From a bacterium (GTDB lineage: Bacteria; SZUA-182; DTGQ01), in contig JBFMGO010000086.1 in NCBI GenBank assembly GCA_040752695.1, positions 1-26,670 on the forward strand: DNA of 26,670 nt, read 5' to 3'. Numbering within the stretch: the stretch's first letter is position 1; each line of letters starts with the position of its first letter. The notes below the pieces were generated by a model. That model did not search any database, had not been told where the DNA came from, and saw only the letters and a program-made list of their open reading frames with translations. The position numbers and the translations under genes are program-made. Shown in pieces: positions 8,553-16,410 of this stretch.

Positions 8553-9794
8553 ATGAAAAAAACGTTAAATTTTATTATTATCTTTTTGTTTGTTCTAATG
8601 CTTGGAATATTACCAGTTAACGTTCGCTCTAATGATGCAGCGGGGTTGGGAAATAGTTCCTGGCCATGCTGGAGGCATGATGGAAAACACACCGGCCAAA
8701 GCCCATATCTGGGGGCACAAAACGGCACTCTGAAATGGAGCCGCCAGACAGGAGATTATGTTTTCTCCTCACCAGCCATAGGAGCGGATGGTACGATTTA
8801 TGTCGGCAGTAGAGATCATAAGGTTTACGCCCTTAATCCGTATGGCAGTGTGAAATGGAGTTACCAGACGCAAAGTTATGTTGAATCCTCACCAGCCATT
8901 GGCGCTGATGGGACGATCTATGTCGGCAGCGGAGATGGTAAGGTTTACGCCCTCAACCCGAATGGCACGCTGAAATGGAGTTACCAGACGGGAGACCATG
9001 TTGAATCCTCACCAGCTATAGCATCTGATGGTACGGTCTACGTTGGTAGCGGAGATCAAAAGGTTTATGCCCTCAACGCGAATGGCACGCTGAAATGGAG
9101 CTACCAGACAGGGGGTTATGTTTTTTCTTCACCAGCCATAGGAACTGACGGTACGATCTATGTCGGTAGTGGAGATAGTAAGGTTTACGCCCTCAACGCG
9201 AATGGCACGCTGAAATGGAGCTACCGGACAGGAGGTTATGTTTTCTCCTCGCCAGCCATAGGAACTGATGGTATGGTCTACGTCGGTAGTGGAGATAGTA
9301 AGGTTTACGCCTTCAACCCGAATGGCACTGTGAAATGGAGCCGCCAGACAGGGGGTTATGTTTTTTCCTCACCAGCCATAGGAGTTGATGGTACGATCTA
9401 TGTCGGTAGCGAAGATGGTAAGGTTTACGCCTTCAACCCGAATGGCAGTATGAAATGGAGCTACCAGACAGGAGATTATGTTTTTTCCTCACCAGCCATA
9501 GGAGCTGATGGTACGGTCTATATTGGTAGTAGAGATCAAAGGGTTTACGCCCTCAACGCGAATGGTACTCTGAAATGGAGTTACCAGACGGAAAGTTATG
9601 TTGAATCCTCACCAGTTATAGGAACTGATGGTACGATCTATATCGGTAGTGAAGGAGGAAAGATCTACGCATTGAGCACTACGCAGACCTCTGTCCCCGT
9701 ATCGTCAAAACCGATTGTTATCTTTTTGCTGATGGCGGGGATGACGGGCCTTATGTTTGTAACCAAAAGATATTCAGCCATTATACAGCATTAA
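8553..9794 (+). CDS. Secreted PQQ-like (BamB-type) 8-blade beta-propeller protein with C-terminal membrane anchor
   Basis: Signal-peptide-like N-terminus; eight 40-aa repeats (GTLKWSYQTGxYVxSSPAIGxDGTIYVGSxDxKVYALN); C-terminal VPV + hydrophobic helix + KR. Confidence 0.9.
   Translation: MKKTLNFIIIFLFVLMLGILPVNVRSNDAAGLGNSSWPCWRHDGKHTGQSPYLGAQNGTLKWSRQTGDYVFSSPAIGADGTIYVGSRDHKVYALNPYGSVKWSYQTQSYVESSPAIGADGTIYVGSGDGKVYALNPNGTLKWSYQTGDHVESSPAIASDGTVYVGSGDQKVYALNANGTLKWSYQTGGYVFSSPAIGTDGTIYVGSGDSKVYALNANGTLKWSYRTGGYVFSSPAIGTDGMVYVGSGDSKVYAFNPNGTVKWSRQTGGYVFSSPAIGVDGTIYVGSEDGKVYAFNPNGSMKWSYQTGDYVFSSPAIGADGTVYIGSRDQRVYALNANGTLKWSYQTESYVESSPVIGTDGTIYIGSEGGKIYALSTTQTSVPVSSKPIVIFLLMAGMTGLMFVTKRYSAIIQH
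8721..9680 (+). repeat. 8 x 120-bp coding tandem repeat (propeller blades)
   Basis: tgaaatggag..., tcctcaccagccata and aggtttacgccctcaac recur at an exact 120-nt period. Confidence 0.95.
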
Positions 9795-9868
9795 AACAGT
9801 TATGGGATTAAACGGATACGGCATTAAAGCGGATAAACAGCATTAAAACGGATACAGCATTAAAACGG
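9783..9868 (+). repeat. ~17-bp tandem repeat seeded on the stop codon of the propeller gene, 5 copies
   Basis: atacagcattaaaac(a/g)g repeated; the first copy is the gene's final codons ATA CAG CAT TAA. Confidence 0.85.
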
Positions 9869-9906
9869 TTTCGATATCTGTGTGCTTTTTGTAATTTAAC
9901 AGCTTT

Positions 9907-10073
9907 TATAGCGGTTTCCACTTGATCAAATTCAAGGCACTCATTTCCTTCCCCTTTTTGAACGAGACTGATCGATCCCCCACTTTATAAAGTGGGTTCA
10001 GAGAGAATTTGAAGGGGTGTTAACCTCACGGTCGCTTGCCTGTAGCCATCGTACACAATTGAGAACCGCTATA
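9907..10073. mobile_element. MITE-like element with imperfect terminal inverted repeats
   Basis: Left end tatagcggtttccacttg vs reverse complement of right end tatagcggttctcaattg (15/18 identical); terminal TA; internal palindrome cccactttataaagtggg. Confidence 0.65.
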
Positions 10074-10129
10074 GAAATCTCTTCAAACTAATCCATAATT
10101 TTAACCGCTGCACAGAAGGAGGAAGTTTC

Positions 10130-11902
10130 ATGAAAAAGTTATCAATGATTGCTCTCATCATAATTGCGGTCTTTGGAATGATGTCGGTTATAGGGGCACC
10201 AAAGTCTTTTGCTGATTTGAATGACGGATTAATAGCTCATTATCCAATCAAAGGTAATGCCAATGATTGTATAGGTGGAAATAATGGGATAACGTATGGG
10301 GTATCCCTAACGACAGACAGGTTTGGGGAACCTGACAGTGCCTATCGCTTTCAAGGAGGAAGCTCAGAGATTATACGGGCATATCTCCATAATCAATCTG
10401 AATTACACTCTTTGGGAGCGATGGAAGTTTCTTATTCGGTTAGTAGTTGGTTCAAGACTAATCAACAAAATGCAAAAATGCAGATAGTGGGAAAGAATGA
10501 CGGTTTTAGCCAATATCCCTTTTCAATTGATGTGCTCTATGGTTACATTACATTTTATATGCAAGCCGATTCAGGCGATGGATTGTCTTCAGAAGCACCT
10601 TTTCGAATAAATACTAATTACTATGTTGCGAATAATGAGTGGCACCACATAGTAGTCGTAAGAGATAGAGTTCTTATTTTTACGAGAATCAGTTTATACC
10701 TGGATGGATTGAAAATAGCTGAGGTTGATGACTTACGTCAAAATGCCGACAATTTGGATGACATCAGTATTGGAAATGGCGGGATTAATTATTCTCAATA
10801 TCCTTTTACGGGTATGCTCGATGATATACGTATTTATAAACGCGCTCTTTCCGAAGCCGAGATTCAGGAGCTTTATAGCTACACGCCAGGTATACCGGAT
10901 ACAGATAAGGACGGGATAGACGATAACAACGATAACTGCCCGGAAATATCAAATTCGGATCAGGCAGATTTAGACGGAGACGGCGTTGGTGACCTTTGCG
11001 ATAATTGCCCTTATATCAGTAATTCTGACCAGATAGATACCAACAACAACGGGATTGGAAATGCTTGTGAAGTATTATGTGATGAATGCTATAACAGCTT
11101 AACTAATTGCCAAAGCGGTTTAACTGTTTGTGAAAAACAGTTGACCATTTGCCAAAATGAGCCGACGGGTTGTGGATCTGATCTATCTATTTGTCTAACC
11201 AGGTTATCTACCTATCAGACAGAGTTATCAGCCTGTCAAACTGATTCATCAGCCTGTCAAACTGAGTTATCAGCCTGTCAAGCTGAGTCATATGCCTATC
11301 AGACAGAGTTATCAACCTGTCAGACTGCATTGTCTGCCTGTCAAACTGATCCATCTACCTGTCAAGCTAAGTTATCCGCCTGCCGAATCGCTTCATCCGC
11401 CTGTCAGGACAATTTAACTGCTGCCAATGCTGAAATTGCAAGGTTAAGGGCAAAGGTCGCAGGGCTGGAAGATGATTTAAATGATGCTAACGCTACCATC
11501 CGAAAACAAAGGGATGAGATCGCTGGATTTACTGTTACGATTTCCAGTCTCAGGATACAGAATAAAGATCTGCAAGATAGATTAGACACAGCCAACGCTA
11601 CTATTACTGATCTGGAAATACAGAATGCATATTTACAAAGTCAATTAAACACAGGGACAACGAACGCTGACATGAGTAAACTAAGGGCTGAAATTGCACG
11701 TCTAAAGAATGACTTGAACCAGGGAAACCAGGGACTGCAAGAAATAGGAGTTCTTCTTCGGATGCCTACAGGCCAAAGAAAAAGTAACTCATCATACACA
11801 GGGTTGATGGGTGAACTCCTGAATAAGATTATAGAGATACTGACTGAACCCCCAGGTCAAGCTATCAGTGGCGGCCCACAAAACAGAAAAAGTGGCAAAT
11901 AA
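10130..11902 (+). CDS. Secreted protein: LamG/concanavalin-like domain + thrombospondin type-3 Ca-binding repeats + Cys-heptad coiled coil
   Basis: Signal peptide; GLIAHYP..GNAND, DRFG, WHHIVVV, LYLDG and FTGMLDDIRIYKRALS (LamG-3-like); DTDKDGIDD..DNCP..SNSDQADLDGDGVGDLCDNCP (TSP3); long heptad region; AGGAGG RBS. Confidence 0.87.
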   Translation: MKKLSMIALIIIAVFGMMSVIGAPKSFADLNDGLIAHYPIKGNANDCIGGNNGITYGVSLTTDRFGEPDSAYRFQGGSSEIIRAYLHNQSELHSLGAMEVSYSVSSWFKTNQQNAKMQIVGKNDGFSQYPFSIDVLYGYITFYMQADSGDGLSSEAPFRINTNYYVANNEWHHIVVVRDRVLIFTRISLYLDGLKIAEVDDLRQNADNLDDISIGNGGINYSQYPFTGMLDDIRIYKRALSEAEIQELYSYTPGIPDTDKDGIDDNNDNCPEISNSDQADLDGDGVGDLCDNCPYISNSDQIDTNNNGIGNACEVLCDECYNSLTNCQSGLTVCEKQLTICQNEPTGCGSDLSICLTRLSTYQTELSACQTDSSACQTELSACQAESYAYQTELSTCQTALSACQTDPSTCQAKLSACRIASSACQDNLTAANAEIARLRAKVAGLEDDLNDANATIRKQRDEIAGFTVTISSLRIQNKDLQDRLDTANATITDLEIQNAYLQSQLNTGTTNADMSKLRAEIARLKNDLNQGNQGLQEIGVLLRMPTGQRKSNSSYTGLMGELLNKIIEILTEPPGQAISGGPQNRKSGK

Positions 11903-11949
11903 TCTTAAAACATTGATGACAGACACGGCAGTCATTATTTGCTATCCTT

Positions 11950-12082
11950 AGTGCACTGCCGGGGTATTACAGCGCACTGGACGGCGATTGCAGTGCACTG
12001 CAAGGGGTATTACAGTACAATGCACGGCTATTATAGTACAATGCACGGGTATTATGCGGTAAGAACAATGCGCTGGAATTAC
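11950..12082. repeat. Degenerate ~21-bp tandem repeat, 6 copies
   Basis: agtgcactgccggggtattac / agcgcactggacggcgattgc / agtgcactgcaaggggtattac / agtacaatgcacggctattat / agtacaatgcacgggtattat / agaacaatgcgctggaattac. Confidence 0.85.
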
Positions 12083-12167
12083 TCGGCTGGTTGATTTTGT
12101 CTCTTGAGCGGACATTTCCCCGCTTAAAACCAGCCAGGACAAGTTTTAAGAAAAAGGCCTTCCAACC

Positions 12168-12237
12168 GTCATTTCCGCTTTCGCGGGAATCCAGGCTTTT
12201 CAGGGGCTTTTTGGATTCCCGCTTTCGCGGGAATGAC
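12168..12237. repeat. REP-like palindromic element (GTCATTCCCGC..GCGGGAATCCA / TGGATTCCCGC..GCGGGAATGAC type)
   Basis: gtcatttccgctttcgcgggaatcca...tggattcccgctttcgcgggaatgac: two hairpins in inverted arrangement. Confidence 0.85.
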
Positions 12238-12453
12238 CAAGTGGCCGAAACAATGGCGAAGTGGCTGAAACGAAGATCGATGTCAACAATTTATCTGGCC
12301 GGGTATTGAGCGCGGCTTATTCTTGGCCTGGTGCTGGTGCTGGTAATGTTAATGCTGGCAGGTAAAGTTTTGTGCATGGAAATCAACAACCTGTGCGAAT
12401 GCTGCCTGCACGGAGGCTAATGTATGAACGACGAGAATTAGGAAGGTTAACCT

Positions 12454-13047
12454 ATGCGAATATCGGTTATACTTGGGCACCCTGATAAGGGAAGTTTCAA
12501 TCATGCCATCGCAGGGGCAGCACTTCAAACCCTGCACCGCAACGGGCACGATGTCATTTTTCACGATTTATACCGGGAGCGCTTTGATCCCATTCTTCCA
12601 GCAGAGGAGATTCCTTCAGGGGCCGATGTCGACCAGCTTATCAAGATACATGGGGATGAAATTTCTTCAGCCGATGGGATCATTATTATTCATCCAAATT
12701 GGTGGGGTCAGCCGCCTGCTATTGTAAAGGGCTGGGTTGACCGGGTCTTTCGTGCAGGGATTGCTTATGAATTTTTGGATGGTGACGGCGGAGAGGGGGT
12801 CCCGATCGGTCTGCTAAAAGCGGAGACCGCCATTGTCTTCAATACCTCAAACACACCAAAGGAAAGGGAACTGGGGGTATTCAAAGATCCCCTTGAAACC
12901 CTTTGGAAAAACTGTATTTTTGATTTCTGCGGTGTCAGGAATTTCCACCGGAGAATGTTCAGGATTGTGATCACGAGCACTCCAGAGCAGCGAAAAAGCT
13001 GGCTGAGAGAGGCTCAGGAAATCGTCGACCGCTCTTTTCCTGGATGA
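12454..13047 (+). CDS. NAD(P)H-dependent oxidoreductase, flavodoxin-like fold (MdaB/KefF-like)
   Basis: GHPDKGSFN, HDLY..FDP and HPNWWGQPPAIVKGWVDRVF motifs. Confidence 0.92.
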   Translation: MRISVILGHPDKGSFNHAIAGAALQTLHRNGHDVIFHDLYRERFDPILPAEEIPSGADVDQLIKIHGDEISSADGIIIIHPNWWGQPPAIVKGWVDRVFRAGIAYEFLDGDGGEGVPIGLLKAETAIVFNTSNTPKERELGVFKDPLETLWKNCIFDFCGVRNFHRRMFRIVITSTPEQRKSWLREAQEIVDRSFPG

Positions 13048-13259
13048 TTGATGCATGCGTGATGCATGTGTAATTAATGCATAATGTATACGCCATGCAT
13101 GCATGATACATGTATAGTGTATGTATAGTGCATATGTAATGCATGTGTGGTGCGTGCGCGATGCATGCGTGACGAATGCTTGATGACGGAATGCGGGTGG
13201 GGAAGGCCGGGCGGGGCTTATGATTATAAATGAACCGGGGATTCATGGAGAAGGAATTC

Positions 13260-13443
13260 CATCCCAGGTTTGGCAAAGAAGGTATCTCATTCCAGGTCCG
13301 GTAAGAAAAGCATATCATCCCAGGTCCGTCAAAATCTCATCCCAGGTCCGGCCAGGTGAGGAGGAATCTCATTCCTGGTCAGGCAAAGAGGGTATATCTC
13401 ATCCCTGGTCAGGCAAAGAGGGTATCTCATTCCATGTCCGACC
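13260..13443. repeat. ~22-32-bp decaying tandem copies of the 3' end of the DUF5131 gene, about 7 units
   Basis: cat(t/c)cc(a/t)ggtc(a/c)ggcaaagagggtatct recurs; the rightmost units lie inside the CDS. Confidence 0.88.
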
Positions 13444-14121
13444 TTCCAGAATGCGCCCTGCTGCCTTTCTCCGCATGCCTCCCCACTGCTTAAAGAAGAA
13501 CGGGATGCCAGCGCTCTGGCACTGATCCCGGATATCGAGAACCCATTCAGGAGACATGGCTCTGGCCTTCGGCCCGGACTCCCCGCCAACAATGATCCAG
13601 TCGATTCCATCGAGGTTGAGGCCAGGCATCGGCCCAAGCAAAGGCTCCAGGGACAAAAATTTTATCCTGGCGGCAGTCTGCCTCAAATGATCAATGCGGA
13701 AAGCATAATTGGCATTCTCGACAGTTACACCCATCCATACGTTTTCATACCAGGGCAGTTGAGGACTCAGCTCCAGCAGGCGCTGCGACCGCTTGGTAAG
13801 GACCTGAAACCGGTGATGCCCGGCCTGGCACATGATGTCGAACACCTTTTGGATGAATTCAAGCGGCACATCCTTGTGGAACAGGTCACTCATCGAATTG
13901 ACGAAAACCATCTGGGGCCGCTTCCATTTCAGGGGCCGCTGCAAGACATGCTCGTGCATGGTCAGCTTGAAGCCATTGACGTAGTTTGGCTGTCCCATTG
14001 CCTTTAGACGTCGGGCAAGCCTCTCCGCATAACAATAGTTGCAGCCCGGACTGACCTTGGTGCAGCCCGTAAGCGGATTCCATGTGGTTCCGGTCCACTC
14101 AATACCTGTATTGTTTGCCAT
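13399..14121 (-). CDS. Phage Gp37/Gp68 family protein (DUF5131; radical-SAM-like three-Cys motif)
   Basis: IEWT..TWNPLTGCTKVSPGCNYCYA, FVNSMSDLFH, QVLTKR, FLSLEPLLG, WIIVGGESG and FFFKQWGG motifs. Confidence 0.93.
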   Translation of the reverse strand: MANNTGIEWTGTTWNPLTGCTKVSPGCNYCYAERLARRLKAMGQPNYVNGFKLTMHEHVLQRPLKWKRPQMVFVNSMSDLFHKDVPLEFIQKVFDIMCQAGHHRFQVLTKRSQRLLELSPQLPWYENVWMGVTVENANYAFRIDHLRQTAARIKFLSLEPLLGPMPGLNLDGIDWIIVGGESGPKARAMSPEWVLDIRDQCQSAGIPFFFKQWGGMRRKAAGRILEGRTWNEIPSLPDQG

Positions 14122-14422
14122 CCATTGACGCCTTTCAGTTATGTCTCACGGTTATATCTCGCGGTTATGTCTCGGTTGCTTTGCAGCAGTCTCGCGGTTT
14201 GTTTCGCCTTATGGTCCGGTTGTATCTCAAGGGAATGCCATTGATCGATACCATCAACTCAAGATTATCAGCTTAATACTATTAATTCAATAATTTTTTT
14301 GCATCTATTAAAAAAATTGGCCGATATACTCAGATGGTATAACGCAGATATAAAAAAGGCAACACAACATCCTAAACGCGATAATACAATCTTGCACTCA
14401 ACAAAGAGGTAAAGGATACGTT

Positions 14423-15109
14423 ATGTACGAGCAGAGCGATCGATTTCCCTTAATCGGGGAAAAAGCACCCGAATTCGAGGCCGAGACAACACAAGGGAAA
14501 GTCCATTTTCCCAGAGACTACGAAGGAAAGTGGGTCATTTTCTTCTCTCATCCTGCCGATTTTACTCCGGTGTGTACAACCGAGTTCATGACATTTGCCG
14601 TCATGGCTGAGGAATTCAGAGCATTGAATTGTGAGCTCCTTGGGCTCTCGATAGACAGCACCTTCAGCCATATTGCCTGGCTGCGGACAATCAGGGAGAA
14701 GATTGAGTACAAGGGAATGCAGCATGTGGAAGTAACCTTTCCCGTAATCAGTGACCTTACGATGGAGGTTGCCAAAAAATATGGAATGCTGCAACCTTCC
14801 GCGAGTACGACTCAGGCGGTGAGAGCTACCTTCATGATTGACCCGAAAGGAATCGTGAGGGCTATTCTTTACTACCCGGCGCCGAATGGCCGAAACATGA
14901 ACGAAATCAAAAGGCTTCTTCTTGCGATGCAGCATACCGATGAATATAAGGTCGCAACGCCAGCCAATTGGAAGCCCGGAGAAGATGTTATCATTCCTTC
15001 ACCGGCCTCCTACGGAAAAGCCGAGGAAAGGGTTGAAAAGGCGGGCAAGGAGTATCAGTGCCTAGACTGGTTCCTCTGCCTGAAATCGTGCCCTCATGGG
15101 GAGAAATAA
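14423..15109 (+). CDS. Peroxiredoxin (Prx6/AhpC-like)
   Basis: FSHPADFTPVCTTEF peroxidatic motif, GRNMNEI, ATPANW and C-terminal CLDWFLC. Confidence 0.94.
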   Translation: MYEQSDRFPLIGEKAPEFEAETTQGKVHFPRDYEGKWVIFFSHPADFTPVCTTEFMTFAVMAEEFRALNCELLGLSIDSTFSHIAWLRTIREKIEYKGMQHVEVTFPVISDLTMEVAKKYGMLQPSASTTQAVRATFMIDPKGIVRAILYYPAPNGRNMNEIKRLLLAMQHTDEYKVATPANWKPGEDVIIPSPASYGKAEERVEKAGKEYQCLDWFLCLKSCPHGEK

Positions 15110-15340
15110 CAGCCAGAGCGGCAGCAGCCGGAGGCAGGGCTAAAGGTGGCAGCCGGAGGCAGCAGCCGGAAGGGGGTCCAAAGGTGGCAGATGGAGGCAG
15201 CAGCAAGATACAGCAGCCGGAGGGAGCGGATGCAGGCAGCGGTCAGAGTTAGCGGCTAGCAGCCAGCAGCAGCCGGAGATATAGGCTGGAGGCAGCAGTC
15301 AGAGGTAGCATCCGCAGATAGCTGCCAGGGGGGCGGCAGC
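15110..15340. repeat. Degenerate GCAGCAGCCGGAG-type repeat tract immediately after the peroxiredoxin stop
   Basis: gcagccgga(g) and variants recur many times with roughly 12-nt periodicity. Confidence 0.8.
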
Positions 15341-15356
15341 AATCAATATCATCAAC

Positions 15357-15450
15357 GTCATTCTCGCGAAGGCTTAGGATCCAGTTTTTTCAGGGCTTCT
15401 GGATTCCCGCTCCTTGCTTAAATCTGTGGGGGCAGGCTTCGCGAGAATGA
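15357..15450. repeat. Second, degenerate REP-like palindromic element with an internal insert
   Basis: gtcattctcgcgaag...ggatccag...ctggattcccgct[ccttgcttaaatctgtgggggcagg]cttcgcgagaatga. Confidence 0.75.
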
Positions 15451-15500
15451 TGAATAAGGTAGTACTTGGATGATAATCAATCTGGTCCCGTACTTACCGC

Positions 15501-15564
15501 GTCGTATACTTTGAATCCAGAAGTGATTGCCATCTCCTGGATTCTAAGCCTACGCGGGAATGAC
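15501..15564. repeat. Third, eroded REP-like element
   Basis: gaatccag...ctggattc...cgcgggaatgac. Confidence 0.6.
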
Positions 15565-15669
15565 TGAATCTGGGGTCTTTTAATAAGGTGTGTTGTCTGA
15601 CATATATGAGCGAATTCCTTTAATGGATGGCATCGTCGTCATTGATTTTCTATAACTAATTCTGAATCA

Positions 15670-15699
15670 TTGACATTCTCAAAAGGGTAGTGTTACCTT
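15670..15699 (+). promoter_or_regulatory. Putative promoter of the toxin-antitoxin operon
   Basis: TTGACA-18 nt-TACCTT with extended -10 TG, 40 nt before the ATG and GAGGAG RBS. Confidence 0.55.
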
Positions 15700-15739
15700 T
15701 ACTTACGGATTCCCTGCAAATAAAAGAGAGGAGATTTCT

Positions 15740-15970
15740 ATGTCTAAATCATTAAAAGTCATTTATGAAGATGGTGTTTTTAAGCCGCTTCAGAAGGTAA
15801 ATTTCAAAGAACATCAAAAGCTGGAATTAACAGTCAAGAAAACCATTCAAGACACTCCTTCTGCCAAACAGGAATCACCTCTCCGTTTGATAGGATTATT
15901 CGAAAGCGATATTGATGATCTTTCTGTTAATCATGATACTTATCTTTATAGTCAGCCCGAAGAGATATGA
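15740..15970 (+). CDS. Antitoxin, AF2212/DUF104-like
   Basis: KVIYEDGVFKPLQKV N-terminus and DLSVNHDTYLY C-terminus; ATGA overlap with the PIN gene. Confidence 0.88.
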   Translation: MSKSLKVIYEDGVFKPLQKVNFKEHQKLELTVKKTIQDTPSAKQESPLRLIGLFESDIDDLSVNHDTYLYSQPEEI

Positions 15971-16410
15971 AAGTTTTTGTTGATACTGGAGCTTTTTGCG
16001 CTATCGCTCATAAAAAAGATCAATGGCACCAGGAATCAAGTAATATCCTGAAATCATTAGTCGATAATAAGGCTATTTTTTATACTTCCAATTTTGTTCT
16101 CTCTGAAACTTATACATTGATACGTTTTAGATTGGATTATCGCAGTGCTATCAAATTCATGGATGAGTTTGAGCTTTCCTCTGTTAAGCTTCTTCGTGTA
16201 TCCCAGGGCATTGAAGACCGGGCGAAAGAAATATTTAAGCAGTACAAGGATAAAGCCTTCAGCTTTTCCTTCCTAATCTTATTGATCTCGCAGATCATAC
16301 ACAATACGAAGAGCGTTTGTCAAGGCTGGGCGGAGCGGAGTGCTTTGGCTCTGGCCTCCACTTCTGCTGCTTCGGTATCCCTGTTTGTCTTGCGGAGCAG
16401 ATCGGCATAA
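15967..16410 (+). pseudogene. vapC: VapC/PIN toxin, similarity ends at ~16266 (C-terminally truncated)
   Basis: VFVDTGAF..D.WH..YTSNFVLSETYTL..YKDKAFSF, then lacks the expected (T)D...FD.HF segment; the ORF runs into the antisense strand of the TPR gene. Confidence 0.75.

Noticed and set aside
8721..9680. Diversity-generating retroelement target
   Set aside because: No reverse transcriptase or non-coding template repeat in the window; variation is not adenine-specific
11950..12082. CRISPR or iteron array
   Set aside because: Head-to-tail degenerate 21-mers without spacers; no rep or cas gene nearby
13260..13443. CRISPR-like array
   Set aside because: Units are contiguous and degenerate with no unique spacers, they derive from the adjacent CDS, and there are no cas genes
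12454..16410. Prophage
   Set aside because: Only DUF5131 is phage-associated; no structural, terminase or integrase genes
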